Of a stretch of 64,000 nt of DNA, positions 54,053-62,974 are shown in pieces; the stretch's first letter is position 1, and each line of letters opens with the position of its first letter. Source of the DNA: a virus (lineage: Duplodnaviria > Caudoviricetes); the IMG/VR virus record IMGVR_UViG_2974770163_000001, positions 32,001 through 96,000 of that record, one strand, 5' to 3'. The notes under the pieces were generated by a model. That model did not search any database. It was not told the origin of the DNA and saw only the letters and a program-made list of their open reading frames with translations. The position numbers and the translations under genes were made by a program.

Positions 54053-54259
54053 TTATAAGTGACCTGCTTTCTTCAACTGACGTTCCATAAACTTCTGACA
54101 CACTTTCTGTAAATAGCCAGACTTAGTATGATCGTACAAAACTCTCATTTTATTAGTGAATAGGGTTGCCCCGTCTTCACGTGTTGCTGAGTACGTCATT
54201 GTTACTAGTCCGTCTCTGTAATCAGAGAATTGGTAGTTAAAGCTGATTTTCTTAGACAT
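54053..54259 (-). CDS. Hypothetical protein
   Basis: AGGAG RBS. Confidence 0.7.
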   Translation of the reverse strand: MSKKISFNYQFSDYRDGLVTMTYSATREDGATLFTNKMRVLYDHTKSGYLQKVCQKFMERQLKKAGHL

Positions 54260-54276
54260 ATAAGACTCCTATAAAT

Positions 54277-54354
54277 TGGGGTGACGGACGGGACTTGAAC
54301 CCGCACATTCCCGAATCACAATCGGGGGCATTAAACCAATTCTGCTACCGCCAC
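54277..54354 (-). tRNA. tRNA-His(GTG)
   Basis: CCCGA-TTGTGAT-TCGGG; G-1:C73. Confidence 0.93.
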
Positions 54355-54495
54355 ATCTAAGAAACCTCGTAAAGTACCTTAGATGTAGGCGGTAAAGCCT
54401 ACACTAGATTTATGAGTATATTTTGTATCTGTCACGATACTCAACACTACCGTTAATCTACAACGCCGTAAGCACCCCCTCACGGTGGAGACTTC

Positions 54496-54570
54496 TGGTG
54501 CACCATAGTGGTATCGAACCACTCTATCAGGCTCTTCAAACCTGCGCTAATCCATCTCAGCTAACGGTGC
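54496..54570 (-). tRNA. tRNA-Phe(GAA)
   Basis: CAGGT-TTGAAGA-GCCTG. Confidence 0.92.
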
Positions 54571-54794
54571 AAAATTCTTGTACTCACATGAAACCCCTGA
54601 TATGGAAGAACTGTGGAGAGTACCTTTCTCAGTTTTGGCGATCTATTCTCTCAGGTTTTGCACGTCTCATAAATGGAGTGCTTCGTAAGGCTGCCTTTAG
54701 CTCAGACATTCACCATTACACGCCCAACCGTACCTCGGAATTTATAGTCTAGGAGGGTTGACTTAGAGCTATCTTATCTGCTTTTCAGCAAATT

Positions 54795-54871
54795 TGGCAG
54801 GTATGACGGGGATCGAACCCGCTATCTCCGCAGTGACAGTGCGGTGTCTTGACCATTTCGACCTCATACCT
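54795..54871 (-). tRNA. tRNA-Asp(GTC)
   Basis: CCGCA-CTGTCAC-TGCGG; G73. Confidence 0.93.
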
Positions 54872-54877
54872 ATTGTT

Positions 54878-54954
54878 TGGTGGAGTCACTCAGGTTTGAA
54901 CTGAGTTCAAAAGCTTGCAAGGCTAATAGTTTAACCATATTAACGTATAACCCC
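54878..54954 (-). tRNA. tRNA-Ala(TGC), divergent copy
   Basis: G3:U70; loop CTTGCAA; weak D and anticodon stems. Confidence 0.72.
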
Positions 54955-55070
54955 ATAATTAATAAGTAACCTCGAAGTAGGTGCTGTCTCTACTTCAAGA
55001 TAGCCATCAGCACTGGTAAGACTATTTGGAGTTACTTATTAAGTGACCTTTATAAGTAAAGGTCGAAAAC

Positions 55071-55146
55071 TGGTGGAGAAGATGGGAGTTGAACCCACGA
55101 CCGTCTGCTTGCAAAGCAGGTGCTCTACCAATTGAGCTACATCCCC
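55071..55146 (-). tRNA. tRNA-Ala(TGC)
   Basis: G3:U70; loop TTTGCAA. Confidence 0.95.
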
Positions 55147-55153
55147 ATAAATT

Positions 55154-55230
55154 TGGTCTCGAATAAAGGATTTGAACCTTTGACCCCACCGCCCCAAACG
55201 GCGTACTCTACCAGACTGAGCTAATCCGAG
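55154..55230 (-). tRNA. tRNA-Pro(TGG)
   Basis: CGCCG-TTTGGGG-CGGTG; C1:G72. Confidence 0.93.
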
Positions 55231-55442
55231 ATGATCTCACTACCTAGTTCAATATGAGCTATTTCTAGACGATCTCCACGTTCCCAATCATCACACTGCA
55301 TATCAACTTTTTCAAATATGAAGTCTTGACTTTCTTGACTAGTCATAGACTTCAGGCTTTCAAATTCTTCATCAGTCAAAACTACTTCTGATGTAACTTC
55401 AATAACTTCTGTTGCATATACTTTATAAACACGTTTAGTCAT
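55221..55442 (-). CDS. Hypothetical acidic protein
   Basis: Follows an early promoter; AAGGA RBS; stop codon inside tRNA-Pro. Confidence 0.72.
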   Translation of the reverse strand: MTKRVYKVYATEVIEVTSEVVLTDEEFESLKSMTSQESQDFIFEKVDMQCDDWERGDRLEIAHIELGSEIISD

Positions 55443-55523
55443 TTTTTATTTCCTTTCTCAAGTTTATAAATATATTATACAGTAAATTTAAGCATTTAGC
55501 AACTGATTTAATAAACTTTTTGC

Positions 55524-55733
55524 TTACTGCATACCTAGGAACTCATACGGTGTAAACACGTCGAAACCATTAAAATCTTCTGGATGGTTTATATCTTGAG
55601 TGTACGTATGTCCAAATTTATTTCTCTCTTGAGAAAAACATTTACCTTTCCATATAGCTATAGTAGAGTTTCGGCTAGTACCTTTATAGATACCACCAAC
55701 AACTAAATCACTCTTCGGTATTACATCTTTCAT
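55524..55733 (-). CDS. Hypothetical protein
   Basis: MKDVIPK start after GAGGT. Confidence 0.72.
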   Translation of the reverse strand: MKDVIPKSDLVVGGIYKGTSRNSTIAIWKGKCFSQERNKFGHTYTQDINHPEDFNGFDVFTPYEFLGMQ

Positions 55734-55748
55734 AAAGACCTCGGAAAT

Positions 55749-55843
55749 TGGAGGAAGAAGCGGGACTTGAACCCGCACACCATCTTTCGACAGCTACTAA
55801 CTGTTTAGCAAACAGCTCCCTTACCTATTAGGGTTACTCTTCC
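55749..55843 (-). tRNA. tRNA-Ser(GCT)
   Basis: GCTGT-TTGCTAA-ACAGT; long variable arm. Confidence 0.92.
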
Positions 55844-56025
55844 AAATTTAAATAGACTAATTCATTAGATAGCCGCAAAAGTTCTTCTTTCTTCAGATCA
55901 AACCCAGCATCTGGCTTTTCAGCATGGGCTTTATCTAAGATAGGGAGCATTGCTTCAACTAATGCAAGTGCTGCCATACTCATTTTATGTAGGCTTTCTC
56001 TAGCTCCTAGTTTATCGTGTGTCAT
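55834..56025 (-). CDS. Hypothetical protein
   Basis: AGGGGG RBS; stop codon inside tRNA-Ser. Confidence 0.68.
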   Translation of the reverse strand: MTHDKLGARESLHKMSMAALALVEAMLPILDKAHAEKPDAGFDLKKEELLRLSNELVYLNLEE

Positions 56026-56077
56026 GTGTGCCCCCTATTTATTTTGCTTTTTCTAACCGGTATTATAGGTATAATAG

Positions 56078-56545
56078 TTAATCATCATATTCGCCATAAT
56101 CACCAAAATATTCATTGTTGCGTATAGCGGTAACACTACTCTTGTATACCCTAGATAGGTATTCCTCAATAAGTTGAATGTTGTCAACTTTGCAGATGAC
56201 TTCATCATAAAACACTACGTCACCTTTCGTATTTGTATAGCTTTGCTTAACTACCTGATATAGGTCAGGCATTAAAAAGCGCATAAAATCCCAATCATTA
56301 AGTTGATCTTCTGTTAGAACCGGAGCATCTGCAATTACAATACCATTTTTAATCCATTCACGAAAAACGTTCTCTACATAGTCGTAGTCTACACTATCAT
56401 AACAGTGAGCTGAAGGGATCAGGCTAATATTAGCTTCTGGGTGCTTCTCACACTCAACAAGCCAGCCCGATGCGTAACCACCCCCACAAGTTTCGCAATC
56501 CATAGAATCATGTAAATAAGTTACTTTAACACAAAACTGTTCCAT
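56078..56545 (-). CDS. Hypothetical protein (DCETCG motif)
   Basis: MEQFC start after AGGAG; the upstream extension in the ORF track overlaps tRNAs. Confidence 0.72.
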   Translation of the reverse strand: MEQFCVKVTYLHDSMDCETCGGGYASGWLVECEKHPEANISLIPSAHCYDSVDYDYVENVFREWIKNGIVIADAPVLTEDQLNDWDFMRFLMPDLYQVVKQSYTNTKGDVVFYDEVICKVDNIQLIEEYLSRVYKSSVTAIRNNEYFGDYGEYDD

Positions 56546-56563
56546 CTTGTCTCCTAGTAAAAT

Positions 56564-56637
56564 TGGTGCAGCGTACAGGAGTCGAACCTGTCTCCCCAGA
56601 TTAAAAGTCTGGTGCTCAGCCGATAAGCCAACGCTAC
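56564..56637 (-). tRNA. tRNA-Lys(TTT)
   Basis: CCAGA-CTTTTAA-TCTGG. Confidence 0.9.
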
Positions 56638-56643
56638 TAAATT

Positions 56644-56719
56644 TGGTGCGTAGTATAGGATTTGAACCTATGACCTTGGGATTAAAAGTCCCCTGCTCTA
56701 CCAACTAAGCTAACTACGC
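56644..56719 (-). tRNA. tRNA-Lys(TTT)
   Basis: Loop CTTTTAA. Confidence 0.93.
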
Positions 56720-56720
56720 A

Positions 56721-56963
56721 TTATTCTTTTGGATGTTTGTTAACTTCTGCCTTAGCAAAGGCTAATTCGTCTAACAGAGATGTTACCAAATCTTCCGCTA
56801 AGAGTTCTAAATCATTGATGCTTTGTAAGAACCCCTCCGCTTTCTTATTAGAAATGCTAGATGCGTAAAGCTCGGCATCTAAACTCTCTAGGAACGAGTT
56901 GATTTTTCTTACAGCTTCAATTGCACTAATTCGTGTACCGATCATATTTGACTCCCTGGTCAA
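56721..56963 (-). CDS. Hypothetical protein (likely start MIGTR)
   Basis: GGGAG RBS. Confidence 0.65.
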   Translation of the reverse strand: MTRESNMIGTRISAIEAVRKINSFLESLDAELYASSISNKKAEGFLQSINDLELLAEDLVTSLLDELAFAKAEVNKHPKE

Positions 56964-56964
56964 A

Positions 56965-57275
56965 ATTAATTAAGGTTGATTTCCCTGTGCCCTGGCAGAG
57001 GCAAACTAAGCCACCACAGCTTAGAACTTCTTTGAGACGGTCTTGCGAAGAGAATTAGTCACCTAGTTATTCACACTCACCGTTTCAAGGAGTAAATGTT
57101 ACTAGAACTGGTACGAGGTATGCTCTTTCTCACCACTCGAGCTGCTGTAGGGACTCGAACCCTACAGAGCATAGGTTTACCCTCTAAACTGTACCTTCGC
57201 CCGTTTCGTGCTTGCCACACGCTCGTATCGGACTCAGTAATAACTCAAAGATTTCAGGAAAATCACTTAATTAAT
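56965..57275 (-). ncRNA. Promoter-proximal structured RNA unit containing a CCA-ending T-arm RNA (57109-57227)
   Basis: Closing stem 56965-56987/57255-57275; TACGAG/CTCGTA-CCA; GTAGGG-TTCGAGT-CCCTAC. Confidence 0.62.
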
Positions 57276-57401
57276 CTCGATTTCATAAAATATATTATAT
57301 CAATAAATTAACCATTTGACAAGTAATTTTTTAAATATTTACTAGAGAGCTAGTGGCTAACTGTCTAGTAAATATCCCCTCCAGAGAGGGAATATTACAA
57401 T

Positions 57402-57971
57402 TTACTTGGTGAACTTAATGGATTCTTGAACACGAGTTTCAAAGATACCTTGAGTTCTAGCATCAGATACGATTTCACATAATGAATCAATATCTTTCTT
57501 AGGGAATCCAGCAAAGGCTAAGAATCGACCCTTCCAGAAGTATTCTAATTGATTACGATACGTCGCACACTGTTCCAACTTACGATTCTGAGCAATAGCA
57601 AATTCGTTACGACCAGCCGTGATTTCATGTTGGATATTCAAGTATAATGCTGAATCCAAGTTCAGGTTACGTTCTTGAATCCATTGAAAAACAGCCTTAG
57701 AGCCGTCTGCACCATAACGACCTTGGAAAGTCTCTTTAATAACTTCTTTCAAATCGTTTTTATACATTTCAGGGACTTGAATGATTTCCCCAATTTTTAC
57801 GGTGTAGTTGCTAAGTTTGTTCTCGGACTCCTTATCTAAGCGAACGATGTTGTTTTCCATTCGTGTAGCTTCGTTTGATGTAGATACGTACCCTGCAAAG
57901 ATACCTAAACCACCAACGATAAGAACAGTTAATAACACTAGAATAGCTACTAGACCTTTGGTCAATTTCAT
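57402..57971 (-). CDS. Membrane-anchored protein, LemA-like
   Basis: N-terminal TM segment; AGRNEF....Q....C.TY motif. Confidence 0.65.
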   Translation of the reverse strand: MKLTKGLVAILVLLTVLIVGGLGIFAGYVSTSNEATRMENNIVRLDKESENKLSNYTVKIGEIIQVPEMYKNDLKEVIKETFQGRYGADGSKAVFQWIQERNLNLDSALYLNIQHEITAGRNEFAIAQNRKLEQCATYRNQLEYFWKGRFLAFAGFPKKDIDSLCEIVSDARTQGIFETRVQESIKFTK

Positions 57972-59017
57972 TATAAATCCTCTTTAATACAAAAGATTGC
58001 AAAGCCGATATTGGCAATAAAGTTTAATACGATTACAAAGATTAATGCACTAGTTGGAATATCAACTACATCATCTAGGTACTTAAATGTATCATTTGGT
58101 AATCGCTTGTAGTGTTTAACAATTAAATCGTACTGTGTCTGTACTAGACTTAAATTGAACTCTGGAGACTCAAGACCGGTAGCTGCTAATTTAGTCAGCA
58201 ATAGTTGGTTGTCTTGTCCATTTCCTATGGTATTCGCTCTTAACCATTTTACCCTATTATCGTCATCCAAACTGTAGACGATAACAACATCATTCTTTTT
58301 ACCACCATGCCACTTGTTCATTAGTGCGTCAAAGAAATCTTCACCAGCTTGTGTAACCACTAACGTTACATTGAGTTGGTAAGTAGAACCATCTAACCTC
58401 AACTTTTCGTTGAGAAAGTTGTTGATATCAGGTGCATACTTACCAACAATTCTATTCATTCTGTAGTAGTCGTATACTCGCGGATACTCCGGTAAACTAT
58501 CAGCGTACTTTTCTAAAGTAGCATCTTCCACAACGTACATACCTTTATCCAACTTAGTGTAATTATTAACACTAAAGGTAGAGGAGTAGGGCTCACCTAC
58601 TACTGCTGCTGACCATCTAGGTGGTTCTTTAAGTCCACGTCGATCTACTCGGCTAATTCTTGAGTAATCAATAGTAGATTCAACAATCCAATCTACGTCG
58701 TATGAATGCTCATCACAATAGATTGGTATACAAGTCCTATTGCCTTTTGAATCTGTAGAACATGTTTCACCACATTTATATTGGTGTTCACAACTAACAC
58801 GTTCAGAATATTTTTTGGTTACATAACCATTTCGTATTTCAGTATCCCATTTACCGGAGCTTGCTGCAAAAACAGCCATTCCTAGCATTAATAGAGAACT
58901 GAATGCTGCTACCCCTAACTGAATAAGTAGCTCTTTTCTAGAGATCTTATGTCTAAAGAAAATGTTAGAGATAGCAACTACAAACAGGGAACAGGCAAAT
59001 AAGATAATGAAATACAT
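57971..59017 (-). CDS. Multi-pass membrane protein with a Cys-rich periplasmic region
   Basis: 3 TM segments; CEHQYKC..CDEH; WHGGKKNDVVIV. Confidence 0.75.
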   Translation of the reverse strand: MYFIILFACSLFVVAISNIFFRHKISRKELLIQLGVAAFSSLLMLGMAVFAASSGKWDTEIRNGYVTKKYSERVSCEHQYKCGETCSTDSKGNRTCIPIYCDEHSYDVDWIVESTIDYSRISRVDRRGLKEPPRWSAAVVGEPYSSTFSVNNYTKLDKGMYVVEDATLEKYADSLPEYPRVYDYYRMNRIVGKYAPDINNFLNEKLRLDGSTYQLNVTLVVTQAGEDFFDALMNKWHGGKKNDVVIVYSLDDDNRVKWLRANTIGNGQDNQLLLTKLAATGLESPEFNLSLVQTQYDLIVKHYKRLPNDTFKYLDDVVDIPTSALIFVIVLNFIANIGFAIFCIKEDL

Positions 59018-59052
59018 CTGGTTTCCTTAGATTGTAGTTGCTTTATTAAAAT

Positions 59053-59128
59053 TGGTGCACCTAGGAGGGACTCGAACCCACAACCAAGCCCTTATGAGGG
59101 GCACGCTCTACCATTGAGCTACTGGTGC
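59053..59128 (-). tRNA. tRNA with CAT anticodon, probably Ile2 (lysidine)
   Basis: GCCC-CTCATAA-GGGC; C4 and C5 in the acceptor stem as in TilS substrates. Confidence 0.82.
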
Positions 59129-59136
59129 GGTAAAAC

Positions 59137-59517
59137 TTAAGCTACTAACGCGTATAGATCGCCCGCTAACAGTTCGTAAGATTCTCCTGTCTCACCATGA
59201 GTAACGCCCATGATAACAACATCTTCATCTTCACCACCTTGTTTAACTTGCTCAGCCATAACAGAGAATACATGTACTGCATTATCATTTAGGTCGCCAT
59301 TCTCGATTGCGAAGATAACATCTTCCATCATCAGAGTTGCTTCGCCGTCTTCACTTGGAACTACGATGAACCAATCTTCTAACATACCCTCTGCGATTGC
59401 TAATCGCATGAACTCAACAACGTCTGCTGGAGTTTCAACGTTGATACCTTGGTTTTCCAGTTCCGCAGTCATAACAGCAGAAACAACACCAGCGATTTTA
59501 ACAGATACTTTAGACAT
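59137..59517 (-). CDS. Hypothetical acidic protein
   Basis: Follows an early promoter; AAGGA RBS. Confidence 0.75.
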   Translation of the reverse strand: MSKVSVKIAGVVSAVMTAELENQGINVETPADVVEFMRLAIAEGMLEDWFIVVPSEDGEATLMMEDVIFAIENGDLNDNAVHVFSVMAEQVKQGGEDEDVVIMGVTHGETGESYELLAGDLYALVA

Positions 59518-59605
59518 ATTTTATTTCCTTTTGGATTGATTAATTTATAAGATATATTATACAGAAAAATTCAGGATTTGACAATTGAATTTTTAAGTTT
59601 TAAAG

Positions 59606-59680
59606 TGGTACTCCCTGTAGGATTCGAACCTACGTCTATCGGTTTAGAAGACCGATGCCTATCCTCTAGACTAAGGGAGT
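59606..59680 (-). tRNA. tRNA-Arg(TCT)
   Basis: TCGGT-CTTCTAA-ACCGA. Confidence 0.93.
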
Positions 59681-59955
59681 GGAATTAATTCTACTGTTAC
59701 TGGAACACAGCCTGTTGGAGGATTTTCAAAAACATCCTCACACTTAACAGTATATGCCGGTTCTGGAGCAAATTCTAGCATTTGGTTGGCTAGGGCACTA
59801 TCTGCCTGAATGTTGTTATTTATGAGCCATGATCGGAGAGTTGGAACCATCCAACCCTTAATCTGATCTTTGTCTTTGGCAGGAGACTCTAAGATCTCCT
59901 GTTCTCCGGTATCAATATATGTAATAAGAATATCTTCTTTAAGAATAATTGGCAA
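59671..59955 (-). CDS. Hypothetical protein
   Basis: GGAGG RBS, TTG start; stop codon inside tRNA-Arg. Confidence 0.68.
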   Translation of the reverse strand: MPIILKEDILITYIDTGEQEILESPAKDKDQIKGWMVPTLRSWLINNNIQADSALANQMLEFAPEPAYTVKCEDVFENPPTGCVPVTVELIPLP

Positions 59956-59964
59956 GATTGCCTC

Positions 59965-60189
59965 CTACACCTCTAGCATAGTTATGTTTACTAGACTATT
60001 AGTAGCAGTGTGAGTACCTACACACTCTTCTCTAATGATTAGATCAAATAGGGCTTGGTCATCGATATTGATACCTAAATCATCAGCCAACATGTTCTGT
60101 ACGTCTGCTGGAGTAGTCTCATCCCCATCAAGCATAATCTGAACTTGTTCAAATTTCTCTGTCTGTAAAATCGTAATAATGTAGTCCAT
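59965..60189 (-). CDS. Hypothetical protein
   Basis: MDYII start after AAGGAG. Confidence 0.7.
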   Translation of the reverse strand: MDYIITILQTEKFEQVQIMLDGDETTPADVQNMLADDLGINIDDQALFDLIIREECVGTHTATNSLVNITMLEV

Positions 60190-60267
60190 TAATGACTCCT
60201 TGTAGGTTATAATTAGTGAGCAGTTTTGGAGATGCTCAGCTCCACGGTTCCCCAAGGTAGTAGGGAA

Positions 60268-60675
60268 TTAATCTAATTCAACCCAATCATTATTGGATAT
60301 ATTTTGACCGAAAACACCGCCGTAGAAATAATCATCTTCATCCGTGCTCGGGAACACGATATTACCTCCGTAGTACCCATTATGCTCAGTGCGGCATTCG
60401 ATATCCATTACACCAGTAGTTGTATTGATCTTGCAACCATAACGGTCTGTAACATCTCCCCATTCACTATCACTTATAGAATCAAGAGTATATGTATCTA
60501 TACTAGTGATCGTAAAAGGCATACTAACTGGTAGATCTACGTGCTGGAAGAAGCTATTAGCACAGCAGTCTCCGTCTACACGGATGATTAGATCCTCGCC
60601 TTGATCTGTAACTAATTTAATAGCTAAATCGTCGGACGCTTTAAACACTTGTACAATTGTTTTTCCGATTAACAT
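60268..60675 (-). CDS. Hypothetical protein (DCC...HNGYYGG family)
   Basis: AGGAG RBS. Confidence 0.75.
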   Translation of the reverse strand: MLIGKTIVQVFKASDDLAIKLVTDQGEDLIIRVDGDCCANSFFQHVDLPVSMPFTITSIDTYTLDSISDSEWGDVTDRYGCKINTTTGVMDIECRTEHNGYYGGNIVFPSTDEDDYFYGGVFGQNISNNDWVELD

Positions 60676-60699
60676 TGTTTAATCTCCTAAAGTTGAAAG

Positions 60700-61373
60700 T
60701 GGTATGGGTTTAGGCTTTCTTCGTCTGCTTGACTGCCGGTTAGACCTGGCTTGCTGCATGTAGTGCCAGCGATGCTTAATTATAAGCCTCAGTTATCCTA
60801 TTCTTTGCCATGTTATGGTTAACTGCATAGTCCATCACCCCATAGCCAGTGTTATAACATAAGCGAGTTCGACACACCCATTTCGGGAAGTACTCTACAC
60901 TTTTTCCAAATATCCATCTTAGATATGCAATCTAGGTCGGAGGTAGCCTCTCCTTTTATTTGGTGTGCTACGAGTAAAGTATATCCCGAAATGGGGAGTG
61001 ATCAATTCCTCATTTCCAAGTTAAGTACTTGGGACTCAGTAGTTCTAGTTCGCGACCTAGACTACCTATTCGTTGTTTTCACACATCATGCTCCTCGGGC
61101 GGAGGAATCGAACCTCACTAGAGCGCTATTTCCCAGAACCCCGTATCTTCGCAGTCTTTGTGCTACTTACTGCTTCTCCATACACTGCCCAGAGGGGGTT
61201 TCACCGTATTCGGCTCTCGTATATGGAAAGACAGAGTTTAGTGAGAGGGTTAACTTACTCTCAACATATTCTCTCAGACTCTGCACATTGTACTATGAGT
61301 CTCAGCGTAGTATGCCCGCTGTGCCTCTTATTAAATCGTACTTTTAGACTTAATTGCCGTGTTCCGATTCAAT
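60700..61373 (-). ncRNA. Candidate large (~670 nt) structured RNA region
   Basis: Perfect TTGACA-N17-TATAAT (61408-61380); no sense-strand ORF of 60 aa or more; T-arm at 61102-61116; ACCA ends at 60961 and 60700; 12-bp pairing 60877-60888/60984-60995. Confidence 0.6.
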
Positions 61374-61420
61374 ATAAATATTATATCAAATAATAAATCA
61401 AATGTCAATTGATTTTTTAA

Positions 61421-61705
61421 TTATTTTATTTCGAACCCTGCAACTAGAGAATCTAGAGTTTCTAGAAACTTTAACGTTTCATTACGTTCTGCATACAAGC
61501 GCTGGCGTTCTGCATCAAGTATATCAGTTATAGCCTGTAGCACCTCAGGGCGTAAATCCCCGTGCCTAAACTCAGTTCCGAATATGTATGGACTTACTCC
61601 TACTCCGGAATTAATTTTATGGGCTGTTACTAACGCTTTGCCTACCCTATCTAGGACTCTCTCAAGAAACTCCTGGTGTAGTTGAACTTCTTTAACTGTT
61701 TTCAT
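61421..61705 (-). CDS. Hypothetical protein
   Basis: AGGTG RBS. Confidence 0.7.
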   Translation of the reverse strand: MKTVKEVQLHQEFLERVLDRVGKALVTAHKINSGVGVSPYIFGTEFRHGDLRPEVLQAITDILDAERQRLYAERNETLKFLETLDSLVAGFEIK

Positions 61706-61712
61706 TAAACAC

Positions 61713-62147
61713 CTACTTAGTGATTAGTGGTAAAACTGAACGAGCTACAGAGCTAGCTAACTTACCGTCGTATTGACCTAAGCGACGTGCTTTTAGAGTA
61801 GCCATAAGCTCACCTAAGTTTTCAGCACCTGCACACTCTTTTGTGAAGAAGTCATACAGATCATCCTCAGTCATTTGTACTGGTAACATACTTGTCAAAA
61901 GTTTTACGTACAGAGGGTCAGCTTCATATACTTGACCACTTAAAGCTGCCTTAGATCTAGTATCCTCTATAGCTTTTAACTGAGATTTAGCCCAAGTAAT
62001 CATTTGATCACGAGAAACAAAATCTTTGCCAAATTTGTATTCTAAGTCACTGATGGCTGTAGAAACCACTTTAACCCATGCAGTGTCCTTACGTAAACGT
62101 GCTTGAAGCATTTCAGCTCGCAGGAAGTCTAACATTGACTCTTCCAT
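61713..62147 (-). CDS. YqeY/GatB-domain protein
   Basis: LPVQMTEDDL...LGELMA.LK....GQYDGKLAS. Confidence 0.8.
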   Translation of the reverse strand: MEESMLDFLRAEMLQARLRKDTAWVKVVSTAISDLEYKFGKDFVSRDQMITWAKSQLKAIEDTRSKAALSGQVYEADPLYVKLLTSMLPVQMTEDDLYDFFTKECAGAENLGELMATLKARRLGQYDGKLASSVARSVLPLITK

Positions 62148-62148
62148 T

Positions 62149-62586
62149 TTATTTTCCTTTTAGTGAATAGAAACGGTGTCCACCAATCTTCTCAATGAAA
62201 TCCAACCTAGAATGATAAGCTAAAGGTTTTCCACTATGGAAGAATAGTGCATCGGGTACTGTCTCAGTAATATTACCAAAGTGGTAAGATACCATTGCTA
62301 CTGCCTTAGATCTTATCCACATTTTAGGTTCTCTAATCGGGTATTTATGTGCCGTCCAAGAGAACTGGTACTTTTGGTATATTACTCCGCAGTGTGTCGT
62401 AGGCTTAAATACTTTACTGTCTACTCGGTTATTTGTAACCTCAGCAACAGCAAATAATCCTCTAAGCGGCTCAGCTCTAGCCTCGTAGTAAATATTCTCA
62501 GTAAGGCAAGTAACTTGAGGATTATCAGCTAGGCTAGGGACATTAGCCATTAACATCCCTAGTGTAAATGCTAGTTCAGGAGCCAT
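62149..62586 (-). CDS. SleB-like cell wall hydrolase (Hydrolase_2)
   Basis: CLTENIYYEARAE, VTNNRV, QFSW and IGGHRFY motifs. Confidence 0.9.
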   Translation of the reverse strand: MAPELAFTLGMLMANVPSLADNPQVTCLTENIYYEARAEPLRGLFAVAEVTNNRVDSKVFKPTTHCGVIYQKYQFSWTAHKYPIREPKMWIRSKAVAMVSYHFGNITETVPDALFFHSGKPLAYHSRLDFIEKIGGHRFYSLKGK

Positions 62587-62963
62587 TAAAGACCCTTTTG
62601 CTCCATCAGACGTAACGCAGCATCGTTGTCAGAGGCTACTCGTCCACCTGTGGCGCGGTCTAAAATACGCAGCATCTTACGAATACCTGCTTCACGAACT
62701 TGAGCACGTTCTACAAGACGTTCCATTTTGCGATGAATCAATTTAGGACTTACCATACGACCACCAGCGTATTTAGACGCACGACCCGCCTCATCACGCA
62801 TACGAATCATTTTTGCGTAGTTAAATACGTTTTGTGCTTGTTCCGCTGTTAAGCCGTATCCAGTCATTAATCCAGCAATACTAGAAGTGTCTACACCATC
62901 TAATTCATCATGGGTGATTAGGTCAGCTTTAGTACCTACTAATTGAGTTTCTTGTTTAGTCAT
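62586..62963 (-). CDS. Hypothetical protein
   Basis: AAGGA RBS. Confidence 0.75.
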   Translation of the reverse strand: MTKQETQLVGTKADLITHDELDGVDTSSIAGLMTGYGLTAEQAQNVFNYAKMIRMRDEAGRASKYAGGRMVSPKLIHRKMERLVERAQVREAGIRKMLRILDRATGGRVASDNDAALRLMEQKGL

Positions 62964-62974
62964 TTTTGTTATCC

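Noticed and set aside
46571-61393. ORF-track calls over RNA genes (46571, 48642, 53286, 53487, 54423, 57096, 60925, 61073) and N-terminal extensions of 48406, 50042, 55524 and 56078
   Set aside because: They overlap tRNAs or structured RNAs; better starts with SD sequences lie downstream.
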